Shown one piece after another: positions 20,658-30,428 of a stretch of DNA of 64,000 nucleotides; the first letter of the stretch is position 1; the number at the start of each line of letters is the position of its first letter. The DNA is taken from positions 160,001-224,000 of the forward strand of contig JBBRPR010000004.1 in assembly GCA_038227875.1 (NCBI GenBank). Direction: 5' to 3'. Both the position numbers and the translations under genes were made by a program. Under the pieces are notes generated by a model, which saw only the letters and a program-made list of their open reading frames with translations, was not told where the DNA came from and made no database searches. This stretch comes from Planctomycetota bacterium. Its GTDB lineage: Bacteria; Planctomycetota; SZUA-567; H5-PLA8.

Positions 20658-21752
20658 ATGCCGCTGCCGTCACAGGAATCCATGGAACTGCTGGAAGCGA
20701 TGCTCGCGACGCCGTCGCCGTCGGGGTTTGAAGCGAAAATTCAGGCGGTCATCCGCGAACGCATGAAGCCCTTCGCGCATGAAGTTCACCGCGATGTCCA
20801 CGGCAACCAGTGGTTCGTGGTCAATCCCAAGGGCTCCGTGCGCCTGATGCTCTCCGGCCACGTCGACGAAATCGGGCTGATGGTCCGCTATGTCGACGGC
20901 GAAGGTTTCATCTGGGTCACGCGCATCGGCGGTCCGGATCCTGTGCAGCATTGGGGACAGCGCGTCCACATTCACACCAAGAACGGCCCGGTCCTCGGAG
21001 TGATCGGCAAACGCCCGATCCACAACACGCCGCCGGAAGACCGCGCCAAGGGCGCGAAGCTCGAAGACCTGTTCATCGACATCGGTTCGAAAGACAAGGC
21101 CGAAACCCTGAAGCGCGTGCGCATCGGCGATCCGATCACGTTCACGGCCGGGTTTGAACGGATGAGCAACGATCTGGCCATCGCCCGCGCGATGGACGAC
21201 CGCATCGGGGCGTTCGTCGTGCTGGAAGCCTGCCGCAAGGTCTACGAATACACCAAGCGCAAGAAAGCCCGCGCGATCCACACGGCGCTTTTCGCTGCCT
21301 GTACCGTGCAGGAGGAAGTCGGCCTGCGCGGCGCGCAGACGGCCGCGTATCAGATCGAACCGCACGCCGGCATCGCCGTCGACGTGGGCTTCGCCACGGA
21401 TTACCCGTCGGAAAACAAAAAGGTGATCGGCGAATACAAACTCGGCGCCGGCCCGATCCTGCACCGCGGCGCGAACATCAATCCGCGCCTGGCCGAACTG
21501 ATGGAGAATCTCTGCGAGAAGCACAGCATTCCCTTCCAGATGTCCGGCGACGGCGGCGTGACCGGCACGGACGCCGGTGCGATCCAGGTTTCCCGCGGCG
21601 GCGTCGCGGCGGCGCTGATCTCGATCCCCAATCGCTACATGCATTCGCCGATCGAAATGGTCAGCCTGCAGGACGTCGAGAATTCGTCGGAACTGCTGGC
21701 GCAGGTGGCGATCCACATGCCGGCGAATCAGTCGTTCATTCCCGAAGCGTAG
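20658..21752 (+). CDS. M42-family metallo-aminopeptidase
   Basis: PSPSGFE, HVDEIG, DDRIG, QEEVGLRGA, DV, GTDAG, RYMHSP. Confidence 0.93.
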   Translation: MPLPSQESMELLEAMLATPSPSGFEAKIQAVIRERMKPFAHEVHRDVHGNQWFVVNPKGSVRLMLSGHVDEIGLMVRYVDGEGFIWVTRIGGPDPVQHWGQRVHIHTKNGPVLGVIGKRPIHNTPPEDRAKGAKLEDLFIDIGSKDKAETLKRVRIGDPITFTAGFERMSNDLAIARAMDDRIGAFVVLEACRKVYEYTKRKKARAIHTALFAACTVQEEVGLRGAQTAAYQIEPHAGIAVDVGFATDYPSENKKVIGEYKLGAGPILHRGANINPRLAELMENLCEKHSIPFQMSGDGGVTGTDAGAIQVSRGGVAAALISIPNRYMHSPIEMVSLQDVENSSELLAQVAIHMPANQSFIPEA

Positions 21753-21904
21753 CGCCGCAAGCGGCGAGGGGCCAGGGGTCAGGGGTCAGAGATGGGTGGG
21801 GGCGCGTGCGGGGCGGGCGCGCTCCTCGCGACGGGCGTTAGAAGGCAGTCGGCAGTCGCTGTTTTATTCGCTATTCGCCATTCCAACATTCCCAACATTT
21901 GCAA

Positions 21905-22675
21905 CTACGCGAGAGCGCGGACAATCGCGGTTTCGACGGGGGAGTAGTCGTCGGGATTGGGGCGCTGCAGGTTCAGGTTTTCGTGCAGCGTTACGCACGG
22001 ATTGCAGATGAAGCGCACCGATTGGCCCACATTGGGACTGCGGGCGTGGAGCATGAAGGGGTGGAGCAGCACGACGTCGCCGGCGCGGCCGTTCATCTCG
22101 ATCGGACGCTGCGGCGGCTCGACGACCATTTTTTGCGTGAGCTCCCCGGCGGACAGACCTTTGGGCTCCGATGCGGCGAGGATGCGCGCGGTGCGGAAGT
22201 GCGAGCCAGCATCGACAGCAGTGCCGCCGTCGCCGGGGCCGATGTCGGAGAAAATGAAAATCGGCAGCAGTCCCTGCTCGCGGCTGTTGACGTGGTGGTG
22301 AAACTGGATGCCGTCCACGTGCCAGCCGCCGACGGGAGTCTGCCACGGCGGCGCGTCGAAGCCGGGAAAGGAGATCGGCCACCAGCCCAGCGAGGTGTGG
22401 CGGCGGTACCGGCCTTCGCCGACGACATCGTCGTAACCATCCCAGAGGCGCTGTGTGAATGCATCCGCGAAGGGTGAGACGCCGAAGTCTTCCTGCAGAT
22501 GAATCACCGCTTTGTTCCACGTGGAGCGGTCGGTGGGATGGACGCCGATTTTCGCGAAGAGAAATTCACGCACGCCGCGGGCGACGTCCGGAGAAAAAAC
22601 ATCACGCAGCAGCACGTAGCCGTCGGTGATGAACTGCTCGACTTCGGCGGGCTTCAGGACTTTCAGCTTGCTCAT
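21905..22675 (-). CDS. Phytanoyl-CoA dioxygenase family Fe(II)/2OG dioxygenase
   Basis: QFITDGY, WHVDG (HxD), GSH, GDVVLLH...LHARSPN...R. Confidence 0.88.
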   Translation of the reverse strand: MSKLKVLKPAEVEQFITDGYVLLRDVFSPDVARGVREFLFAKIGVHPTDRSTWNKAVIHLQEDFGVSPFADAFTQRLWDGYDDVVGEGRYRRHTSLGWWPISFPGFDAPPWQTPVGGWHVDGIQFHHHVNSREQGLLPIFIFSDIGPGDGGTAVDAGSHFRTARILAASEPKGLSAGELTQKMVVEPPQRPIEMNGRAGDVVLLHPFMLHARSPNVGQSVRFICNPCVTLHENLNLQRPNPDDYSPVETAIVRALA

Positions 22676-22690
22676 GATGGGTGGTCCTTG

Positions 22691-22716
22691 ACCAGGTAAC
22701 GAATTTGTTACCTGGT
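22691..22716. promoter_or_regulatory. 26-bp inverted repeat, candidate operator
   Basis: accaggtaac-gaattt-gttacctggt, immediately upstream of the RBS of 21905..22675. Confidence 0.55.
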
Positions 22717-22739
22717 TAGAGTGCAACATTGTTGGTGGA

Positions 22740-23132
22740 TTATTCGCCCGCTTCGATCGGGACGCGTTCGGGGCTGGTCGTCAGGTACGTCACGGCCTCG
22801 GCTTCACTGCCGCAGACCAGCACATTCAGCCCGCGGTTGCGCGCGACGTTCTGCCAGAAACGATCGGGCAGAATCCGTTCCGGGCGTTCGACCAGCGCCA
22901 GGTGCGAAAGCGCCGCACCCAGCTCCGCGACCTTCACACCCATCTCGAACAAGGTGAGCACGCTGATCTCGCCCTCGACGTTCACAAAGTCGATCATGAC
23001 GCGCGGCTGCCTATGACGGACGCTGGCTTCAACGACCTGCTTAAACAGATCCAGCGCCACAGCGGGGGTAAATTTTCCACCGCCACGAACGACCAGGAAA
23101 TGTTCGGTCACAACCAGGCTGCTGATCTGCAT
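22740..23132 (-). CDS. Hypothetical small alpha/beta protein (possibly STAS/SpoIIAA-like)
   Basis: VMIDF...FWQNVARNRG.NV....EAEA..YL pattern. RBS AAGGA. Confidence 0.6.
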   Translation of the reverse strand: MQISSLVVTEHFLVVRGGGKFTPAVALDLFKQVVEASVRHRQPRVMIDFVNVEGEISVLTLFEMGVKVAELGAALSHLALVERPERILPDRFWQNVARNRGLNVLVCGSEAEAVTYLTTSPERVPIEAGE

Positions 23133-23216
23133 AGCAATCAATTCCTTGAGTTATGGATACAAAGTCACAATAATGCCTCCTGCGCATAATTCAATAGGGC
23201 CGCTATAAGAAGGTAG

Positions 23217-23242
23217 ACCTCATGGCCACGTGGCGACAAGGT
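23217..23242. promoter_or_regulatory. Palindromic site ACCT-N4-GCCACGTGGC-N4-AGGT, copy 1
   Basis: acct catg gccacgtggc gaca aggt. Same architecture at 44071-44096. Confidence 0.6.
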
Positions 23243-23328
23243 CACACAGGTACCACAGCGCGACTTGCTGCCATTGCAATTCAGACTCATTCTCCGATAG
23301 TAAGGTCAATTCAGGAGCGCGATCCACC

Positions 23329-24321
23329 ATGAGCGCCGCGAAAACGTTAGGCGTCGGAATCATCGGGCTGGGCATGGGCCACGAATGCGGCAAGTGGGTG
23401 CGCAATTCGAAGAATTGTAAAGTGACGTGCGTGTGCGACATGGACGATGCGAAGATCAAGCGCAGCGTCGATGAATTCGGTTGCGCCGGCGAGAAAAGCT
23501 TCGACGCGATGATCGCGCGCACGGACGTCGACATCGTCTACATCGTCACGCCCAGCGGCACGCACGCGGAGTTGGGCATCAAAGCCGCGAACGCCGGCAA
23601 GCATGTGCTCGTCGCCAAGCCGATGGACGTCACGGTCGAAAACTGCGACCGGCTGATCGACGCCTGCGCGCGCAAGAGTGTCCTCTGTGCGGTGGACTTC
23701 AACGGCCGCCTGACCGACCTGATGCAGCAGATCCGCTACGCCATCGACACGAAGATGTTCGGCAAACTGATCATGGGCGAAGCGCGCCTCAAGTGGTACC
23801 GCAGCAACCAGTACTACGCGGCCGGCGGCTGGCGCGGGACGTGGAAGATGGACGGCGGCGGCTCGCTGGCCAACCAGACGATCCACCAGATCGACCAGTT
23901 GCAATGGTTCATGGGTGATGTGGAAGCGGTGGTTGCAGCGGAAGTCGGCATCTTTGCTCACGATGCAATCGAGACCGAAGACCTCGGCATGGCGCTGCTG
24001 CGCTTCAAGAACGGCGCGGTGGGCAGCATCACCGGGACGACCACGTTTCCGAAGGACTTCTACGCGGGCTTGGAAATTCACGGCACCGAAGGCGCGATTT
24101 CCGCGGTGCGCGGCGACCCGGTCTGGCTCTTCCACGACGAGACTCGCAAAGAGAAGCTGAAACGCGCGGTGAATTTTACGACTCACGTGGAGAACATGGC
24201 CGCGGTGCTCAACGGCGAATGCAAGGACTTGGTCTGCGACGGCGCGGAAGGCCGGAAGTCGATCGCCGTGCTGACGGGCGTGTACCGCAGCGCCAAGGAA
24301 CACCGCGAGATCAAGCTGTAA
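23329..24321 (+). CDS. Gfo/Idh/MocA oxidoreductase
   Basis: IIGLGMG, TPSGTH, HVLVAKP, WRGTW..DGGG...NQ.IH.ID. Confidence 0.92.
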   Translation: MSAAKTLGVGIIGLGMGHECGKWVRNSKNCKVTCVCDMDDAKIKRSVDEFGCAGEKSFDAMIARTDVDIVYIVTPSGTHAELGIKAANAGKHVLVAKPMDVTVENCDRLIDACARKSVLCAVDFNGRLTDLMQQIRYAIDTKMFGKLIMGEARLKWYRSNQYYAAGGWRGTWKMDGGGSLANQTIHQIDQLQWFMGDVEAVVAAEVGIFAHDAIETEDLGMALLRFKNGAVGSITGTTTFPKDFYAGLEIHGTEGAISAVRGDPVWLFHDETRKEKLKRAVNFTTHVENMAAVLNGECKDLVCDGAEGRKSIAVLTGVYRSAKEHREIKL

Positions 24322-24325
24322 CGAT

Positions 24326-24350
24326 TGCAGGCGGGACGCCTGCACTACAA
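24326..24350 (-). repeat. GTAG-type REP element
   Basis: Minus strand reads GTAG-tgcaggcg-tcc-cgcctgca, just after a stop codon. Confidence 0.65.
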
Positions 24351-24420
24351 TGATATTGCAGTCCCCGGCGAGTGACGTGGTGGTCGAGCCGGCGGTTAAA
24401 AGCAATGAGGGAGAGTCTCT

Positions 24421-24879
24421 GTGCCACGCGGACCGGTTATCATTCTACTGATTGTGATCGCGCTGGGTTCCGGCGTGTATTTTGCCATCCCGGCGCTGAA
24501 GCGCTCGTTCCTCGGCAATTCGCTGCAGACCCGCGTCAAGATTCTCGCCGCGGAAGACGATCCGAACTGCCAGAAGGGCGACGAGAAAATCCCCAAGACT
24601 GTGCTCGATCTGGAAATTTTCTTCCCGATGGGCGCCGCTCCGGAGAATACCGACGCGCTCAATGTCACCGACGACAGCAACCAGCCGATCGAAGTCTTCT
24701 GGTCGCCCGTCGAGAAGGAAGACCTGCCCGACCAGGCGCTGACGCGCTGGCACATCCACGAAGCGTATTTCCCGATCGGCTTCCGCCAGGGCACGCTGCG
24801 CGAAAAGACCAAGGACCTGACGTACTTCAAAGTGCCGCAGGTTCCGTTCAACGTGACGCCCCCGCCGCAAAATCAATAG
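24421..24879 (+). CDS. Hypothetical membrane-anchored protein
   Basis: N-terminal hydrophobic helix. GTG start with GGGAG RBS. Confidence 0.7.
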   Translation: MPRGPVIILLIVIALGSGVYFAIPALKRSFLGNSLQTRVKILAAEDDPNCQKGDEKIPKTVLDLEIFFPMGAAPENTDALNVTDDSNQPIEVFWSPVEKEDLPDQALTRWHIHEAYFPIGFRQGTLREKTKDLTYFKVPQVPFNVTPPPQNQ

Positions 24880-24961
24880 GCCTTCTGCCTACTGGCGAGT
24901 CAGCACTCGCAAGTTTTCAAGCAGCCGCTAAGCTTCAGGAAACCTCAACTGAAGCGGTGGC

Positions 24962-27196
24962 ATGAAACCAAAATTTGCGCTGGTCCATGGGCATCCTCGT
25001 CTCTGGCTCCGTCCCACGGAGCTTCAAAAGTTCAAGCGCGACAGTCTTCACGCGCGTAAACCGTTCCGACAGAAAATCCTGCGGCGACTCGAGTCGGTGC
25101 TCGCCGATCTCCCAGCTGATGAGTACGTAAAAAGCGCGCCGCAGCACATGGCGCTGGCGCTCGGTCAGGCTTGGCGTCTGACCGGCGATGAGAAATACGC
25201 GCGCGCCGCGTGGCGACTGCTGGAAGAGTTGGAAGTCTACGCGGGTAATTCCGGCGGGTATTCGGCGTGGGGCCTGGCCGCCGAAGCCGCGGCGATCCTC
25301 TACGACTGGCTGCATGATTATTGGAAGAAGATCGGCCGCGAACAGGATGTCGCGCAGGCGGCGTTGATCTTCGGCCGCCGGGCGCTCGAAGATCTCCTGC
25401 GCCGCTACATTCTCGACGACTGGCACAACTACGGACTCGCGCTGCAATCCGGCGTGCTGGCGGTGGCGCTGGCGGTCGGGCACGACCATCCGAAACTCGA
25501 AGACGGCTCGTTGCTGAAAACCATCGAACAGATCCACCTCACCGGGTACGCGTACGAAGGGCTGCGCATCCAGGACATGTTCTACACGCCGCCCACGACG
25601 ATGAATCTGTCGGCGGCGCTGGCGGCGCGCGATTTCGCCGGCTCCGATTGTCTGCACGAAGCCACCGGCTACCACATCATCGACGTGCGCGCGATCGTCA
25701 ACATGGCCGAACTGTGGACGCGCGCGCAGGCCGGAAAATCGCGCGCCGTGGTCTGGCCGGAATTGACACGCGCCGGACACGCCTTGCTGCAGACGTTGCG
25801 GCCCGACGGCAAGACCGTGACCTTCGGCGATTCAACGCCGGGCCGGCTCCATTGGCGCAATGCCGACGTGTTGTCCATGCTGCACGCGCGGACGCCAGAG
25901 CCGGTTTTTGCCGAGCGGCTGCGGGCGTACGACATGGTGAAGAATCATCCGCTGCCGATTTTTCAGCTGCTCTACGCCACGCCTGAAATGATGCCACGCG
26001 GAAAATCCAAACGCCCGGCCGATCCGCTGCCGCCATCGTGGCAGGCGGGCCGCTTGACGCTGATGCGCTCGGGCTGGAAGCCGACGGATACGTTCGTCAG
26101 CTTTTCGTGCGGCGATTTCGGCGGCTGGCACAACCACCATGATTGGAACACGTTCACGCTCTTCCGCGGCGGGGAACTCGCAATCGATCCGCCCGGCGCA
26201 TTCTATACAGGTTCGCACCGCCAGGAATGGCACATGCGGACGGCGGCGCACAACGGCATCCTTGTGCGCGACCCGAAGGAGAAATTCTGGAAAGGCCGCC
26301 ACGGCAAGAACGTGCCCAACGACGGCGGGCAGCGCTTTGTCAGTCTCAGTTATTCCCCGCCCCACACGAGGACCGGCGCGCCCAATCCGGTGCTCACAGA
26401 AGAACGCCGCGCGCGCCTGCACGACGAATTTTCGATGGGCAAAGTCATCGTCTTCGAACCGGGCGATAGCTTCGATTACGTCGCCGGCGACGCGACGCGC
26501 GCGTACACCTACCCGTGGTCGGGAATCGGCGACAACCCATCGCGGCGCGTCGAAGAGGCCGTCCGGCAGATCGTATTCTTGAAGCCCGACTGGATCGTGA
26601 TCTTCGACCGCGTGGAATCGACGCGGCCGGAATTCATCAAGCAGTGGCTGCTGCACACGTATGCGCCCGCGGCGTGGACGGTCCGGCGCGCGCGCAAACG
26701 CGCGGGGCCGGGCATCGTCGCGCTGCCGGAAAACGGGCCGTTCACCTTTGAGCACGAGGCCGGCCGCATGACGCTCTGGCCCCTTCTTCCCGCGGCGCGC
26801 GCGGTCCGCTCGATTGGCGGACCCGGCTACGAATGCTGGATCGATGGCGCCGGTGCCGACGGAAAAGGCAAAAACTTTCCACCCGAGGACGCCGACAAGC
26901 GTCCGACGCATTACCGCTTCGACGTTTCACCAACGCAGCCGGGCACCCGGCACTGCTTCCTCACCGTGCTTCATGCGGGATTGAAGAAGGATGCGCCCGC
27001 GTCGGGAAAGTTTGGCTGCACGGTGATTGCCCACGACGGCTTCTCCGATTGCCGCATCACGCGTGCGAACGGGGACGAACTGGCCAGCGTGAAATTCCGC
27101 GACTCCGGTCCGATCGAAGTGGAAGTGAACATCCCCGGCGAATGCGCGTACCACCGCAACACCGCGCCGGAACGCGTGCCGGTCGCCCCACATTAA
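24962..27196 (+). CDS. Heparinase II/III-like oligosaccharide lyase
   Basis: HPRLW N-terminus, MRSGW, HNHHDWNTF, AHNGI, VIFDRV. No signal peptide. Confidence 0.8.
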   Translation: MKPKFALVHGHPRLWLRPTELQKFKRDSLHARKPFRQKILRRLESVLADLPADEYVKSAPQHMALALGQAWRLTGDEKYARAAWRLLEELEVYAGNSGGYSAWGLAAEAAAILYDWLHDYWKKIGREQDVAQAALIFGRRALEDLLRRYILDDWHNYGLALQSGVLAVALAVGHDHPKLEDGSLLKTIEQIHLTGYAYEGLRIQDMFYTPPTTMNLSAALAARDFAGSDCLHEATGYHIIDVRAIVNMAELWTRAQAGKSRAVVWPELTRAGHALLQTLRPDGKTVTFGDSTPGRLHWRNADVLSMLHARTPEPVFAERLRAYDMVKNHPLPIFQLLYATPEMMPRGKSKRPADPLPPSWQAGRLTLMRSGWKPTDTFVSFSCGDFGGWHNHHDWNTFTLFRGGELAIDPPGAFYTGSHRQEWHMRTAAHNGILVRDPKEKFWKGRHGKNVPNDGGQRFVSLSYSPPHTRTGAPNPVLTEERRARLHDEFSMGKVIVFEPGDSFDYVAGDATRAYTYPWSGIGDNPSRRVEEAVRQIVFLKPDWIVIFDRVESTRPEFIKQWLLHTYAPAAWTVRRARKRAGPGIVALPENGPFTFEHEAGRMTLWPLLPAARAVRSIGGPGYECWIDGAGADGKGKNFPPEDADKRPTHYRFDVSPTQPGTRHCFLTVLHAGLKKDAPASGKFGCTVIAHDGFSDCRITRANGDELASVKFRDSGPIEVEVNIPGECAYHRNTAPERVPVAPH

Positions 27197-27966
27197 TCGC
27201 CGGCGTCGGGACGCTTGTTGTCGGGGTTGGGGTTCTTGAGTTCCAGTTCTTCCCACGTCGGCATGCCGTCGCGTTTGAGCTTCACCAGGTCGTCGCGGTG
27301 GTATTCGATCGCGCCTTTCTCGTTCTGGTGTGAACGAATGTCTTTGCGCGCGGTGATGGCCTTCAAGTAATCCATGTTGCGGTCTTTGAGAATTTTCAAT
27401 GCGTCGTCGGCGTTGACCCACATCGGCGGCGGCGCGTTGGGATTCGGCTTCGCGGGATCGTTCTCGTTCGTCGCCGTCTCCACGGGGTCGGGAGTTGCCG
27501 GCGTCGAACGCGATTTGGGCAGATGCGAATAAATGTAAGCGCAGACGGCGAACGCGACGGCCAGTTCCGCGAGCGTCGTCAGAATTCCCGCGATCATCGC
27601 GCCGCGGCTGGCCTTCGAGCCGGGCGCTTCGCTTTCGTAGGCGGCGCGGCAGATCCACGCGCGCGCAATGTTGGCGATGCAGAACAGCGAGAATCCGACC
27701 GCGACGGCCGGGATGCCCCACGGCACGGTCCCCAGTTGTTTGATGCGCCCCCAAATTTTGATCAGGCCGGCGAACATGACGATGATCGCGACGGTCTCGC
27801 CGGTCTTCCAGAAGATGGCGTTTTTGACTTCGCGCGCGATGATCCGGTTGAGCACCGGGCGCTCCAGTTCCAGCACGCCCTTGCCGATCAGCGATTCGCC
27901 GAACGACGTGATCACGTGAGCGACCATGAGGCCGCCGAAGACGATTATTAGTAGGGTCATGCTCAT
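27193..27966 (-). CDS. Hypothetical membrane protein (about 4 TM) with soluble C-terminal domain
   Basis: Four hydrophobic segments, a Pro-rich linker and a short helical C-terminal domain. Confidence 0.7.
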   Translation of the reverse strand: MSMTLLIIVFGGLMVAHVITSFGESLIGKGVLELERPVLNRIIAREVKNAIFWKTGETVAIIVMFAGLIKIWGRIKQLGTVPWGIPAVAVGFSLFCIANIARAWICRAAYESEAPGSKASRGAMIAGILTTLAELAVAFAVCAYIYSHLPKSRSTPATPDPVETATNENDPAKPNPNAPPPMWVNADDALKILKDRNMDYLKAITARKDIRSHQNEKGAIEYHRDDLVKLKRDGMPTWEELELKNPNPDNKRPDAGD

Positions 27967-28036
27967 AAGTATTTTTTTAACCGGAAGGCAATCTACGAGT
28001 CACACGAATCGGCCGCAACTTTATCCGCCGAAAAAG

Positions 28037-28064
28037 AAACCCGGACGCTCGTGCATCCGGGTTT
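28037..28064 (-). terminator. Intrinsic terminator after ilvE
   Basis: aaacccgga-N10-tccgggttt, followed by a T-run on the minus strand. Confidence 0.7.
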
Positions 28065-28094
28065 TGTAAGGCCTTGGAAAATGAGCAGATACGC

Positions 28095-29171
28095 TCAGCC
28101 GAGATCGATCTTCTGCCGCCAGCCGTACGGGTCAGGCAGCACACCGAATTGAATATCAAGCAACTGCTGGCGCAATTGCATCGTGAACGTGCCGGGCTTG
28201 TCGCCGGCGTTGCGGTACATCACTTCGCCGTTGTGAAGAATTTCGCGGATCGGCGTGATCGCCGCAGCGGTCCCGCAGGCGAAGGCTTCCTTCAACGCGC
28301 CGGATTTGAAGGCCGCGGTCAGTTCATCGGTGGATATCGCGCGTTCTTCGACCTTGCGCCCGGCCGCGCGCGCCAGCTTCAGCAGCGAATCGCGCGTGAC
28401 GCCCGGCAGGATCGTGCCCGACGAAATCGCGGGCGTGACCAGCGTCTCGCCGATCACGAACATGATGTTCATGCCGCCCATCTCTTCGATGTGCTTGTGT
28501 TCCTTGGCGTCGAGCCACACGACCTGGTCGAAGCCTTCCTTGTTGGCCTTGCCCTGCGCCGCCAGCGACGCGGCATAATTTCCGCCGCACTTCGCCGCGC
28601 CGGTTCCGCCGGGGGCCGCGCGGGTGTATTCCGTCTCGGTGCGCAGCCGCACGCCGCGCGGATCGCTGGCGCCAAAATAATCGCCGACCAGGGAGACGAT
28701 GGTGAAGAAAATGTACGTCGACGACGGATTGACCTTGATCACCGCGTCGGTGCCGATCATGCAGGGACGGACGTAGAGCGTCATTGGGCGCGCCGGCAGT
28801 TCGGCCTTGTCGGTCTTGATCAGCCGCGCGATCTCCGCGATGGTCTTGGCGCTGTCGACCTGCGGCATGCACAGCCGCGTGGCCGATGAATTCAAACGCG
28901 CGATGTTGGCGTCGGGGCGGAACATCGCCGCGGAGCCGTCGGGCTGGCGGTAGACTTTGAACCCTTCGAAAATCTCCTGACCGTAGTGAAATACAACGGC
29001 CGACGGCGGCAGCGTGAACGCGCCATACGGAATGATTTCCGACGGCCCCCACGCGCTGTCCTGATAGCGCTGCACCAGCATGTGCGGCGTAAACACTGCT
29101 CCAAAACCAGGGTTGGATTTGTCTGCCATTGCTACGGTCTCCGTTTCGGTGTCCCACGTCTTCCAGTTCAC
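28095..29171 (-). CDS. ilvE: Branched-chain amino acid aminotransferase
   Basis: FHYGQEIFEGFK, FRP..N..R, AKCGGNYAAS, EEMGGMN, ILPGVTR, GTAA. Confidence 0.95.
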   Translation of the reverse strand: MNWKTWDTETETVAMADKSNPGFGAVFTPHMLVQRYQDSAWGPSEIIPYGAFTLPPSAVVFHYGQEIFEGFKVYRQPDGSAAMFRPDANIARLNSSATRLCMPQVDSAKTIAEIARLIKTDKAELPARPMTLYVRPCMIGTDAVIKVNPSSTYIFFTIVSLVGDYFGASDPRGVRLRTETEYTRAAPGGTGAAKCGGNYAASLAAQGKANKEGFDQVVWLDAKEHKHIEEMGGMNIMFVIGETLVTPAISSGTILPGVTRDSLLKLARAAGRKVEERAISTDELTAAFKSGALKEAFACGTAAAITPIREILHNGEVMYRNAGDKPGTFTMQLRQQLLDIQFGVLPDPYGWRQKIDLG

Positions 29172-29263
29172 AATTTACCACACGCTTTCCCATGCAGCAC
29201 GGACTTTCTGAGCCGCCGTGGGGCGAACGCATTTTCTGCGCGGAAAATCCGCGCGCAGCGTTC

Positions 29264-30358
29264 TCACCACTGATGTTTCGGATTCTGCCGGTGCATCTTG
29301 TTGATCTTGCGCCAGCGCTCCTTTTCGGCGCGCGCGGCACTGGCGTCGACGCGGCGGTTCTGCCAGGCCAGTTCGCGTTTCTGCTTGATGTAGCTCTCGT
29401 AACGCCCGGCATCCAGAGTGCCGGCATCGAGCGCCGCCTTAATCGCGCAACCGGGTTCGGTTCTGTGGAGGCAATCGCCGAAGCGGCACGCGCTGATCAG
29501 CCGTTCGATTTCCTCAAACGTCTGCACGACCGATTCGCCGCCTGTACTTGCGGTGGCCGCGAGCCCCAGTTCGCGCATCCCGGGCGTGTCGATGATCATC
29601 GCTCCGCCGGGAAGCTGGACGAGCTGGCGATGCGTAGTGGTGTGTTTGCCGGTGTCGTCGTCGCCGATCGCGCGCGTAACCAGCAGTTGTTCTCCGGCCA
29701 GGCGGTTGACGAGCGTGGATTTGCCGACGCCCGAGGACCCGAGCAGTACGCACGTTTTTCCCGGGACGAGGTAGGGACTCAGCGCGTCCAGACCCATGTT
29801 GGCCTGCGCGCTGAGCGTCAGAATTTTCACCGCGTGAGCGATCGCGGCGACATCCGCCATCGCCGCGGCCGCTTGACTGGCGTCGGCGCAGAGATCGGCC
29901 TTGGTGAGCAGCACGACCGGCTCCGCGCCGCTCTCCCAGGCCATCGTCAGGTAGCGCTCGATGCGCCGCGGATTGAAATCGCGGTTGAGCGAACTGACGA
30001 TGAACGCCGTGTCGACATTCGCCGCGACGATCTGATCGCGGGCGGTGTTGCCGACTTCCTTGCGCCGGAATGCAGTCATGCGTTTCAGACAGCGCTGAAT
30101 CGTGGCGCGGCGTTCATCGAGTCGTGCGGAGATGCCGACCCAGTCGCCGACCGCCGGAGGTTCAGCGCCGAGTTCCACTTCATGGCGCATGCGCCCGGAA
30201 AGTTCGGCGAACAATTCGCCGCTCTCTCCGAGGACGCGGTAGCTGTTGCGGTGGCCTTCACTGACCCGCGCGAAGGAAAGCGTGCGGTGTTCTTCGGGTT
30301 CGACTTGATTGGCAAAAAAATCGATCCAGCCCAGCGCGTTCAATGTTTCGGAATGCAA
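29264..30358 (-). CDS. rsgA: Ribosome small subunit-dependent GTPase A
   Basis: Circularly permuted GTPase TKAD, GSSGVGKST, GKHTTT, DTPGMR, with Zn motif CRFGDCLHRTEPGC. TTG start with GGAGG RBS. Confidence 0.93.
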   Translation of the reverse strand: MHSETLNALGWIDFFANQVEPEEHRTLSFARVSEGHRNSYRVLGESGELFAELSGRMRHEVELGAEPPAVGDWVGISARLDERRATIQRCLKRMTAFRRKEVGNTARDQIVAANVDTAFIVSSLNRDFNPRRIERYLTMAWESGAEPVVLLTKADLCADASQAAAAMADVAAIAHAVKILTLSAQANMGLDALSPYLVPGKTCVLLGSSGVGKSTLVNRLAGEQLLVTRAIGDDDTGKHTTTHRQLVQLPGGAMIIDTPGMRELGLAATASTGGESVVQTFEEIERLISACRFGDCLHRTEPGCAIKAALDAGTLDAGRYESYIKQKRELAWQNRRVDASAARAEKERWRKINKMHRQNPKHQW

Positions 30359-30395
30359 AGTGAAATCCTCCGGCGCGAGGCTTCGTGACGAAGCG

Positions 30396-30428
30396 TCAGC
30401 GCAGCGAATCACGACGCAGGCGGGACAT
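30396..30428 (-). CDS. Putative leader peptide MSRLRRDSLR upstream of rsgA
   Basis: atg tcc cgc ctg cgt cgt gat tcg ctg cgc tga, inside a hairpin-rich leader. Confidence 0.5.
   Translation of the reverse strand: MSRLRRDSLR

Noticed and set aside
22513..22528. parS-like TGTTCCACGTGGAGCG
   Set aside because: 14/16 match to the consensus but single, inside a CDS, and with no parAB in the window.
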